A DNA stretch of 64,000 nt from Nitrospinales bacterium. GTDB lineage: Bacteria > Nitrospinota > Nitrospinia > Nitrospinales > VA-1. The notes beneath the pieces were generated by a model that was not told the origin of the DNA, searched no databases, and was given only the letters and a program-made list of their open reading frames with translations. Shown piece by piece: positions 30,899 to 39,366 of the stretch (the first letter of the stretch is position 1; the number at the start of each line of letters is the position of its first letter). The translations under genes were made by a program, and so were the position numbers. The stretch covers positions 64,001-128,000 of the forward strand of contig CBDCXL010000001.1 in the NCBI GenBank assembly GCA_965223795.1, given 5' to 3'.

Positions 30899-31357
30899 TT
30901 AGTTTGAAGCAGATTCAACGAGACAAATTTGACTGTTTTCTTCATCTACAAGAACGGCAACGATGGGGATGTCAACCCTTCCATTATGATTATCATCAAT
31001 ACTTTTCCATGCTGATGACAGAACCTCATATTCGGAATATTTTTTGGACAAATTTGTTAATTTCTCAATGAAATCGTTATAAGTGACAGAAGACGGTAAG
31101 GATTCTTGGTTTTCCGGTGGATGCTCAGTAATAAAACATAGTTCTGGATCTTTTTTATCTAGTGCAATCTCAAGAATGGGTTTGTCAATTTTTTCACAGG
31201 CATTGAATTCCTTTTCATTTTTCGGCATTTCAATTCTGATAAATTCTTTTTTTGATTGATCGAATTTTCCGAAATGAGTTGCAACCAAAGTGTAATTTTT
31301 GAACTTTTCTTCATCTAAATTTAATTCTTTTATTAGTTCTAAAAGATGTTTCAGCAT
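30899..31357 (-). CDS. Hypothetical protein (AT-rich)
   Basis: 152-codon open frame in strongly AT-rich DNA. Confidence 0.55.
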   Translation of the reverse strand: MLKHLLELIKELNLDEEKFKNYTLVATHFGKFDQSKKEFIRIEMPKNEKEFNACEKIDKPILEIALDKKDPELCFITEHPPENQESLPSSVTYNDFIEKLTNLSKKYSEYEVLSSAWKSIDDNHNGRVDIPIVAVLVDEENSQICLVESASN

Positions 31358-31388
31358 TTAGTTTTTTCTTCACTTAAGTGGAGTAAGA

Positions 31389-31772
31389 CTATTCAGCCTC
31401 CCGCAGGACTTTGATCTCGATGGTGAGTTTGGCGTTTTCGGGGATGACGCCGGGGATGCCCTTTTCGCCGTAAGCCAGATGCGGGCTGATGACCACTTTG
31501 CGGAAGCCGCCCACTTTCATTCCCTGAACAGCGTAGAAGACGCCGGCGATCAGGTTCTCCCGGTCGATGCGGGTGCGGTGCTCGAAGAACCCGTCCTCGT
31601 GGACTTTCAAATTGTCGTCCACGGAGTGGTTCAGGCACCGGTTGGGCGTTTTCACGATCTCGCCCTGGTTCAGGGCCACCCGGATCGCCAGGATGTAGTT
31701 GTGCTGGCGCAGGACCTCCGGTCCATCCCCCTCCGTTTCCTCCAGCAGCTTGACTCCCTTTTTGAGCCACAT
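31389..31772 (-). CDS. FKBP-type peptidyl-prolyl isomerase
   Basis: GMKVGGFRKVVISPHLAYGEKGIPGVIPENAKL. Confidence 0.85.
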   Translation of the reverse strand: MWLKKGVKLLEETEGDGPEVLRQHNYILAIRVALNQGEIVKTPNRCLNHSVDDNLKVHEDGFFEHRTRIDRENLIAGVFYAVQGMKVGGFRKVVISPHLAYGEKGIPGVIPENAKLTIEIKVLREAE

Positions 31773-31812
31773 TTGTTCTGACGTTTTTAATTTTATGGAA
31801 ATAGAGAAAAGC

Positions 31813-32804
31813 TTAAGGCGAGAATCTTGAAATCATAGTGCGCATATGTGATTTTTCAATTTCTTGGTCAATCGTAGACCAGTTTAATTCTTCAAGAGAA
31901 TAATTTATGTTATTAAACCAATTTCTATAAGCTTGTATTTCTGGTGAATGGTTTCTCCAACGATTGAATTTTACATATAAAGATACGGAATAACCGAGAT
32001 GGCGGAGATGCTCTGATGGAGGTAAAAACCCCCAAACTCCTCCTTGTAATACTCCGGCAACTTTCCCTTGAATTTCTATTTTTAGAGATAGTTGTTTTTA
32101 AATAAAATTACCCTTTTCTCGAATTGAGTATTACCTTTTTTAAAAGCAGTTATAGAGGTGTCAGGTGGAATATTTAAATAAGGGGGAGAGATATCAAGCC
32201 AATTATTCTTTAGTAGATTGTTATGGCTAAAAATATCCCCTAATTCTTTAGAGGTAATTTTTTTCACTTCTTTGTTTTCTAATTTCTTTGAAATTATACT
32301 TCCACTAGGCAAACTATTCTTTGAGGTTTCAAAATCCCAATGACTCATGAAACTTTGAATTAGTTTCATCAGAATACCGCGTTCAACAAAATCCAACCCT
32401 TTATTTTTATAAAATTCATGCCAATGCTCTACTAAAGTATCTCCATGAACTCCTAAATTTTCAGTTGTTTCCTGCTTAAGGGCATCTTTTTGTAAATTTG
32501 AATAAAATGGAAAATAAGCATTAAGGTATGGAGAGAAAAAATCCTTGTTTATATTTCCTTGAATTAATTGTTTTTTATTTTCGTCAAAAAATAAAGAAAT
32601 AATATATTCCTTTTGTTTTTCTTGTGTTTTTAAATATGGAAGTATTGCAATAAAAACTGGAATTAATCCAGCAACAACAATTCCAGTATTGGTTAAGGCA
32701 TCTTGAGCTGCAGAATTTAACCACAACATGATGGCAGCAAAAATCGCAAGAACAGCATAAATAATTGCAAAAATTCTTATGAGATAGCTTGGTTCAAATA
32801 TCAT
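31813..32804 (-). pseudogene. AT-rich membrane-anchored hypothetical gene with apparent frameshift near 32085
   Basis: ORF 32804-32082 stops at tatctcTAA; another frame continues without stop for about 90 codons (SLKIEIQGKVAG...SRFSP*) to 31813. Confidence 0.6.
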
Positions 32805-32883
32805 TGTTATCTCCGATATTTCAAAATACTTTGTGGGAACCTTGCTTTTTGATTTATCCTGCCAAACTTGTTGAAAATCTTAT

Positions 32884-32963
32884 CTTTGCGCCTTTGCGCC
32901 TTTGCGCCTTTGCGGCTTTGCGGCTTTGCGTCTTGGCGTCTTGGCGTCTTGGCGGCTTTGCGC
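32884..32963. repeat. Tandem array of ten 8-bp units ctt(t/g)gcg(c/g/t)
   Basis: Counted directly; reverse complement of the cgcaaag family C unit. Confidence 0.9.
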
Positions 32964-33002
32964 GAGACCGCCTTTATCCTGTAATCCTGTCTGAATCTCT
33001 CT

Positions 33003-35837
33003 TTAGTTAGCGGAGATCTTGACGGTTTTGTAGATGAAGTTTTTGAAGCTGACGAATTTTTTCTTTTCGCCGGGGTCGGTGTGCAGTTCGGGGCCGCAGA
33101 CTCTCAGCCGCACGGCGAGGCCGGGCAGGTTGGTCTGGTAGCGGGACTTGGCGGTGTCGATGAGGGTCTTGACGGTGCCGCGGGTCAACTGGTTTTCGCG
33201 GAAGGGCTGGTGCACGCCGTTCCAGAAATCCACTTCGCCCGCTTCGAGCTGCTTGAGGATCGACTCCACCTGGCCTTCGGCGTTGACGGCGGCGGCCGGC
33301 ACGGCGGTTTCGGGCTGCGCCTCGCAGGCGGCGAGGATGTCGGCCTTCTTGATCTGCGGGCCTTTGCGGAACAGCATGGCGCGCAGCAGGATGTTTTTCA
33401 ACTCGCGCGCGTTGCCGCGGAAGGTGCGCGTCTTGAGGTACTGGATCGCCTCGGGTTCGAGCTGCGGCGGCGACTCCTTGACGGCGTCGTTTTTGTAGGT
33501 GTTGAACAGGATGCCGAGAAAATGCGTCGCCAGGTCCTCGATGTCCTCCAGCCGTTCGTTGAGCCGCGGGATGCGAAAGCTCAGCGCGTTGAGCCGGTGG
33601 TACAGGTCCTCGCGGAACCGGCCCTTGCGGATCTCTTCCCGCAGATCGCGGTTGGTGGCAGCGATGAGAAAGATTTTCGAGTAGCGCGGCTGGTTCTCCC
33701 CCAGCCGCATGAACACGCCGGTGTCGAGGAAGCGCAGAAGCTGCACCTGGGTCTTGGGATCGGCGTCGCCGATCTCGTCGAGAAAAACCACGCCCGTATT
33801 GGCTTCTTCCAGGATGCCCTGGCGGTTGAACTCCGCGCCCGTGTAGGCGCCTTTTTTGTGGCCGAACAGTTCGCTGTAGGTCAGCTCGCCGCTGTAGGCG
33901 GCGATGTTGGTTTTCCGCACGGGCAGTTTGTACTGCCGGCCGATCTCTTTCTGGAAAATTTCGGTGAGCCGGGAGTAGATGTTGTTGAAGAAAAATTCCT
34001 TGCCGGTGCCGGTCTCGCCGTAGAGCAGCAGGCAGGGCAGGCCGGGCGAGGCCTCGACCTTTTTGCCGTTGTTCCATTGCAGCATGCGGTTGCAGATCGA
34101 CTCCACCACGGTGTTGACCTGATCGACCAGGCTGTGGATCTTTTTGCTCTTGCCGATGACGTTGCCGAAGTAGTAGGAGGAGACCTTGGGATCGCGGTAC
34201 TCGATGTCGCGGCGGAGCTGGGTGATCTCCTGGCGCAGCTCCTCGATCTGCTTGAGGTTGTGAAATTTTTGCCCGATCAGGCTTGCTATGATCTGCAAGA
34301 TCCGCTTGTGCTCTTCGGTGAAGAAGTTCTTGCGGAAGCTGTCCTGGTTGATGACGCCGAGCACGTTGTTGCCGTGGATGATGGGCACCGCCAGTTCGGA
34401 GCGGATCGCCGGCGACAGGTTCTTGTAGCAGCCTTTGGTCTGGGTTTCGTCCTGCACGTCGTTGATCAGGATGGAACGGGCGGTGTGGGCGCAGCGTCCG
34501 GTCAGCGATCTCATGTCCTCGGGCAGCTCGCCGCCGCCGACGGGCAGGGGCGGGATGGTGCTTTTCATCCAGCCGCGCGATTTGGCGCCGATCTGCTTGC
34601 CGTCGCCGTCCTCGACCACGAGCCAGGGCTTGCCTTCGAGGATGCGCAGCACGGAGATGGTGCCGCTGTGCGCGCCGATCAGCTCGGAGGTCTTGTCGAG
34701 GATGCGGTTGAGAAAGTTCGCGAGCGAGGTGTCCTCGTTGGAGAGCAGCTCCTTGATCTCGCCCAGCACCTGGATTTCCACGCGCTCGGGGCTCTCTTCG
34801 CGGATCAGCTTTTCCACCATGGCGGCGTGATCCTTCAGCAGGTGGCGCTCGAACGGCGTGAAGTGGTACGGCTGGCTGGTGTAGTAATTGACGGCGCACA
34901 GAAACTTGCCGGTGGCCTGGTCGAATTTCAGAAACTGGTACAGGGAGACGAGGTCGATTTCGCGCGCCAGCTCCTTGCGGCAAAATTCCACCGCCATCAG
35001 CTCCTCGATGTAGATCGACTCTTTGGCGTCGGGAGTGGCCACCAGCCCCTGGCCGTGGTCGTAGCGCACCGAGCGGTCGAGGATGGTTTTCGTGGTGGCC
35101 AGGTTCAACTGGTCGTTGTTGTTGTAGGCCTGGCCGTGGCTCTTGTTCTGCGAAAACACGGCGAGTAGCTCGACGCGCTCGGTTTTCTCCTTGGGCTTGG
35201 TGATGAACTCGTGCGCCGGAGAGGGCACCCACACCGAGGCGAGGGCCAGGTTGTCGATGAGTTTGACGGCGGAGCGCATCAGCCTGCGCGCGGCTTCCTT
35301 CTTGCGGGCGAGATCGAGGTGTTTGGAGAAGGTCAACTGCTGGTGGAAGCGTTTCGCCCGTTCGAGCACGGGGCTGATTTTCGAGAGAAACGCGGTGATC
35401 TCCCAGATCTCCGTTTCGTTCAGGTATTCGCCGGCCTCGCCCCAGTCCAGGCTCAATGAGCCGAAGGGCCGCAGGTGGTGGGTGATGGGAAACGCGGCGG
35501 AGGCCTGGATGCCGGAGCGTTTTTCGAAGGGGCTGCGCGAATTGGCGAAGCCGCCCGGCAGGTTCCAGGAGAGTAGCACCTGGTTTTCGATGAAGGCGCG
35601 CGACATGATCGACGCCTTGGGCGAGATGAACTGGGTGAGCGGCCGTTCCTCCGCCTGGTTCTGGCCGGTCACGTACTGGCAGGTCAGCATGCCTTCGTAC
35701 AGGTCTTCCAGGTAGATCCGCACCATCTTGCAGGGGAAGCGTTTCTTCAGCCCGGTCGCCGTGTAGTGCAGGATGTCGGACAGGTTTTCCTTGCCGAACT
35801 GTTCCAGCTTGCGGTTGAGTTTGTTGAGATCGTTCAT
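33003..35837 (-). CDS. Sigma-54-dependent enhancer-binding protein with N-terminal GAF domains
   Basis: SELAVPI GAF motif, GETGTGKE, SELFGHKKGAYTGA, FLDEIGD, FREDLYHRL, GNARELKN. Confidence 0.92.
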   Translation of the reverse strand: MNDLNKLNRKLEQFGKENLSDILHYTATGLKKRFPCKMVRIYLEDLYEGMLTCQYVTGQNQAEERPLTQFISPKASIMSRAFIENQVLLSWNLPGGFANSRSPFEKRSGIQASAAFPITHHLRPFGSLSLDWGEAGEYLNETEIWEITAFLSKISPVLERAKRFHQQLTFSKHLDLARKKEAARRLMRSAVKLIDNLALASVWVPSPAHEFITKPKEKTERVELLAVFSQNKSHGQAYNNNDQLNLATTKTILDRSVRYDHGQGLVATPDAKESIYIEELMAVEFCRKELAREIDLVSLYQFLKFDQATGKFLCAVNYYTSQPYHFTPFERHLLKDHAAMVEKLIREESPERVEIQVLGEIKELLSNEDTSLANFLNRILDKTSELIGAHSGTISVLRILEGKPWLVVEDGDGKQIGAKSRGWMKSTIPPLPVGGGELPEDMRSLTGRCAHTARSILINDVQDETQTKGCYKNLSPAIRSELAVPIIHGNNVLGVINQDSFRKNFFTEEHKRILQIIASLIGQKFHNLKQIEELRQEITQLRRDIEYRDPKVSSYYFGNVIGKSKKIHSLVDQVNTVVESICNRMLQWNNGKKVEASPGLPCLLLYGETGTGKEFFFNNIYSRLTEIFQKEIGRQYKLPVRKTNIAAYSGELTYSELFGHKKGAYTGAEFNRQGILEEANTGVVFLDEIGDADPKTQVQLLRFLDTGVFMRLGENQPRYSKIFLIAATNRDLREEIRKGRFREDLYHRLNALSFRIPRLNERLEDIEDLATHFLGILFNTYKNDAVKESPPQLEPEAIQYLKTRTFRGNARELKNILLRAMLFRKGPQIKKADILAACEAQPETAVPAAAVNAEGQVESILKQLEAGEVDFWNGVHQPFRENQLTRGTVKTLIDTAKSRYQTNLPGLAVRLRVCGPELHTDPGEKKKFVSFKNFIYKTVKISAN

Positions 35838-36092
35838 CGCGCGCTCTGGGTAAAAGAAGTAAATATTGAGTATATTATTAACACACTGAGAGCGCGGGAT
35901 GGCGGCAAATTTCAGGGATTTTGGCACTCCGAAACCGGCAAAAATCTCCCGCGGGCGGCAGGGCAGGGGGCAATAATTTCCGAAAACTCGACGAAGGAAA
36001 AACCGAAGCGTCGAGGCTCGTTTTTTCGATCTATTTTTACCTTTATAATCAATGATTTATATAAGCATGAATTTCCGGTGATTGGGCGGCGG

Positions 36093-36109
36093 TTGGCATG
36101 CGCCTTGCT
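36093..36109 (+). promoter_or_regulatory. Sigma-54 (-24/-12) promoter of flgB
   Basis: tTGGCAtgcgccTTGCt matches TGGCACG-N4-TTGCW with exact spacing, 30 nt before the flgB start. Confidence 0.8.
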
Positions 36110-36138
36110 CTTATCATTGGAATCACTGGGAGGCCCCG

Positions 36139-36564
36139 ATGCTGATCGACAAACTGCTGTTTTCCGATGAAGTGCCGATGATCATGAAGCGGAATCTGGA
36201 TTTCCAGTCCGCCCGGCACACGCTCATCTCCAACAACATCAGCCAGATGGACACGCCCGGCTACAAGGCGCACGACATCGATTTCAAAAAGCAGCTGCGC
36301 GACGCGATCGGGACCGGTTCCAGCCTGAACCTCAGGACCACGCATGAAAAGCATCTCGGTCCCTCTAAGGCGGCGCTGAAGGCGCTGGCGGCGATCCCCT
36401 TCGAAGTGGGCGGAGCGTCGAAGTCGAACGGCAACAACGTCAACATCGACCAGGAAATGGCGAAGCTGGCGGAAAACCAGATCGCCTACAACGCCGTCAC
36501 CCAGATGATGATGAAACGGGGTTCGACGATCAAGAGCGCGGTGACCGAACTGCCGCAACAGTAA
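36139..36564 (+). CDS. flgB: Flagellar basal-body rod protein FlgB
   Basis: ISNNISQMDTPGYKAHDIDF; NGNNVNIDQEMAKLAENQIAY. Confidence 0.93.
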   Translation: MLIDKLLFSDEVPMIMKRNLDFQSARHTLISNNISQMDTPGYKAHDIDFKKQLRDAIGTGSSLNLRTTHEKHLGPSKAALKALAAIPFEVGGASKSNGNNVNIDQEMAKLAENQIAYNAVTQMMMKRGSTIKSAVTELPQQ

Positions 36565-36667
36565 GGGTTTTCCGGGGAGGACCCGGTTTCGGCGGGGGGA
36601 ACGGGGGATTGACAAACCCCGCGCAAGGTGATAATTTCATTAAGATACTATTTTTCCAGGCTTTTTC

Positions 36668-36985
36668 GTGAACGACATCACCGTACAGAGCAACCTCAGA
36701 GCACTCCAGGGCCCGCAGGCCCCCGGCAAGATCGTGCTCAAGCAGGACGCGCAGCAGGCCGGAGCGCCGGATTTCGCCGAAACGCTGACGCAGTCTCTGG
36801 AGAAGGTGAACACCCTGCAGAAAGAGGCGGACGCGGCGATCAAGGATTTTGTCTCCGGGGAGACCCGCAACATCCATGAAACGATGATCGCCGTGAACAA
36901 GGCCGACCTCGCGTTTCGCCTGACCATGCAGGTGCGCAACAAGATCGTCGAAGCTTACCAGGAGGTGCTGCGCACGCAGTTGTGA
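36668..36985 (+). CDS. fliE: Flagellar hook-basal body protein FliE
   Basis: IHETMIAVNKADLAFRLTMQVRNKIVEAYQEV. Confidence 0.95.
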   Translation: MNDITVQSNLRALQGPQAPGKIVLKQDAQQAGAPDFAETLTQSLEKVNTLQKEADAAIKDFVSGETRNIHETMIAVNKADLAFRLTMQVRNKIVEAYQEVLRTQL

Positions 36986-37015
36986 CGTCGCCTGGATTTT
37001 GCCTTCGCTTTGGAC

Positions 37016-37047
37016 GCCTCTGGAATCGATTCCAGGGGCTTTTTTTA
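37016..37047 (+). terminator. Intrinsic terminator after fliE
   Basis: gcctctggaat / attccaggggc stem plus T7. Confidence 0.8.
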
Positions 37048-37060
37048 TGCCTCCTTGGCG

Positions 37061-37089
37061 TTGACAAGGCAAAGGATTTGGCGGATAGT
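37061..37089 (+). promoter_or_regulatory. Possible sigma-70 promoter
   Basis: ttgaca-17 nt-gatagt. Confidence 0.45.
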
Positions 37090-37099
37090 GATTTGTATT

Positions 37100-37203
37100 G
37101 ATTCCGCAAGCGGCGACAGCCGTATATAAAAGAGAGTTGTCGCATTCGCACCTCATTTTTGGGGTGGACAATTGCGGAGTCCCGCCTCAACAGCGCGAGG
37201 TGT
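37100..37203 (+). ncRNA. Candidate structured leader RNA (three-way junction plus hairpin), family not recognised
   Basis: Four manually found helices, each containing a G-U pair; see findings. Confidence 0.45.
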
Positions 37204-37254
37204 TTGTAGGATCGATGAACCCTTTTAACGGATCTCTTTCATAGGATGGGTGTT

Positions 37255-37650
37255 ATGAAACGGTGGATCGGTTTTGCTCTTGTGATCGGAATCGCGTGCG
37301 GTTTCACGGCCGGTTCCGCAGACCGCGCCTGGGCCCAGGCGGGCGGACACGCCAGCGTCGGGCTGGGGCATGGTGAGGAAGGCTATCTGCATCTGCAGGA
37401 GATGGTCAAGCACCTGGAATTCAGCCTCAAGATGCCGGATGCCAATCAGGAACTGAAAATGCACGGCGGTCAGGCCCTGCAGCACGCCAAAGAAGCGATG
37501 AAGCATTACGACGAAGCGCTGAAACACGCTTCCGAATCACTGGGACGGCGGGCCCGCGGTTCCGGTATGGAAGGGTCGCATCAGGAGGAAGGTTCCGGCG
37601 GCCATTCGCATGAAGGTTCACGCGCTCCCAGGAGCGAAGGCTCGCACTGA
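37255..37650 (+). CDS. His-rich periplasmic small metal-binding protein (SmbP-like)
   Basis: Signal peptide; 12 His, eight of them in two runs with 7-residue spacing; EGS(H) repeats in the tail. Confidence 0.7.
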   Translation: MKRWIGFALVIGIACGFTAGSADRAWAQAGGHASVGLGHGEEGYLHLQEMVKHLEFSLKMPDANQELKMHGGQALQHAKEAMKHYDEALKHASESLGRRARGSGMEGSHQEEGSGGHSHEGSRAPRSEGSH

Positions 37651-37659
37651 TTTCCGGTT

Positions 37660-37968
37660 TCAGATTTTGACGCAGACGTCGTTGCCGCGGATTTCGACCG
37701 GGAACACGCGCGTGTTGAACTCGGGGCTGACGTTGCATGCACCCGTATTCAGATCGAAACGGTAGCCGTGATTGGGGCATTTGATGCCCGTGCCGTCCAG
37801 CGTGCCGCGCAGCAGCGGGGCGGTTTTCTTGTGCGGGCAGGTGTCGCGGATCGCGTAAAAACGCTCGTCGATGTTGAAGATCGTGATCCGCTCTTCGCCG
37901 ACTTGCACGCGTTTTCTCTCGCCCGGCGGGATGTCGGCGGTCTTCGCCACGGCCACGAAATCCTGCAT
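37660..37968 (-). CDS. Rieske [2Fe-2S] ferredoxin (NirD/dioxygenase-ferredoxin-like)
   Basis: CPH...CPNHGYRFDLNTG; start MQDFVAVA behind ggag. Confidence 0.88.
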   Translation of the reverse strand: MQDFVAVAKTADIPPGERKRVQVGEERITIFNIDERFYAIRDTCPHKKTAPLLRGTLDGTGIKCPNHGYRFDLNTGACNVSPEFNTRVFPVEIRGNDVCVKI

Positions 37969-38035
37969 CAGCGACGCTCCCCTAAAGCATGGTCTGAGAT
38001 CGGCACCCAGGCCGCCGCATGAAAACCGGCGCGCA

Positions 38036-38977
38036 TCAGGAGGGTTCCGCCGGAAGATCCGGATTGTGGCTCCAGTCCCACCAGGAGCCGTCGTAATTGC
38101 GCACCGGAATCCCCAGACTGCGCAGCGCGAAATAAGCCATGCCCGAGCGCACGCCTCCCGTGCAGTAGACCACGACCTCTTCTTTACCTTCGATGCCGTT
38201 TTCCTTGAGCACCGCGCGCAGCTGCGCCTCATCCTTGAGATCGCCGTCCTGGAAAAACAGCTCCCAGGGCAGGTGCCGGGCGCCGGGAATGTGGCCGCCC
38301 CGCTTCGAACCGTAAGGTGTGGCGCCGTCGAATTCCTTGCGGGTGCGGGTGTCCAGCAGGCCGAGCTTCTCATCCTTGAGGCGGGACCGGATCCAGGCGC
38401 TGTCCGCCGCGACGTCGGGATTCAGCTGGATGTCCTCCGCTTTGAGGTTTCCGGGGGCAGGCGGCACGCCGCGGCCGAAATCCGTATCGTGGCCGGCTTT
38501 CTGCCAGGCGCTCAGACCTCCATTCAGCACAGCGACCGACTTGAACCCGAACCGCTCGAACATCCAGAAGAACCTGCCGTCGGTGCGCCAGCGGTCCGAG
38601 GGATCGCCGTAAATGACGATGTTTTTTCCCTTTTCGATTCCCAGGGCGGCGAGTTTTTCGGCGATGAACGGCTTGTCGTCGATCAGCAGGCCGGGAACGC
38701 CGTCCTTCTTGCGGGTGAAATCGCGCCATTCCGAAACATTGACCGCACCGGGAATGTGGCCCAGGAGGAATTTCCAGCGGGCGCGGGTGTCCAGAATCAC
38801 CGTTTCCTGCGGCGGCAACTGCTTCAGCTCCTCCACGGAAACGGTCACCGAAAGGCCGGTTTTTTCCGCTCCCGAAACAGAGGAAACTCCAATGGAAATA
38901 AGGAGTATCGCGAGCAGTGCCGGACCCCTGATTTTCCTTGACAAAATACCGCTCAGGTTAGTAAGATCAATGCTCAT
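38036..38977 (-). CDS. Exported two-domain rhodanese/sulfurtransferase
   Basis: GHIPGA twice, YCTGGVRS, YDGSWWDW; N-terminal hydrophobic signal. Confidence 0.9.
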   Translation of the reverse strand: MSIDLTNLSGILSRKIRGPALLAILLISIGVSSVSGAEKTGLSVTVSVEELKQLPPQETVILDTRARWKFLLGHIPGAVNVSEWRDFTRKKDGVPGLLIDDKPFIAEKLAALGIEKGKNIVIYGDPSDRWRTDGRFFWMFERFGFKSVAVLNGGLSAWQKAGHDTDFGRGVPPAPGNLKAEDIQLNPDVAADSAWIRSRLKDEKLGLLDTRTRKEFDGATPYGSKRGGHIPGARHLPWELFFQDGDLKDEAQLRAVLKENGIEGKEEVVVYCTGGVRSGMAYFALRSLGIPVRNYDGSWWDWSHNPDLPAEPS

Positions 38978-39366
38978 TTTTCACTTCGTTGCCTTTCAAG
39001 CAAAAGTAAATATATAAAAAACCGAAATTTACTTCCATCCGCATTCTTGCAGCAGGTCGAGGGAATTCCCAGGACGTCCTCTTGGTCTAAACGGCCCGAA
39101 AACAGGGGCTGTTCCCACCCTCCGAAGCCCGAATCGGAAATCTGTAACAAAAAGGTTTTTTATTTAATTTTCTATGCTGAGCGTTTCCGGTGTTTGTATT
39201 AATATCGCTCACTATTATAGATGACTTCACAGAATTTTGGTCTCAAGAAATTCCGTGTTGTATCGGTTTGAAAACGCCGAGGCGAATCTGACATACCGCA
39301 TCCGGGCCTTGCCTACTGGAAGCGGGAAAAAAGCAACCCTGAAACTCTGGTCCAGTTGGAGGAGTC

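Noticed and set aside
32884..32963. Tandem repeat considered as a CRISPR array
   Set aside because: 8-bp units with no spacers and no cas genes in the window
37660..38373. 237-aa ORF suggesting an extended Rieske protein
   Set aside because: The upstream part overlaps the rhodanese gene out of frame; the Rieske domain has its own RBS and ATG at 37968
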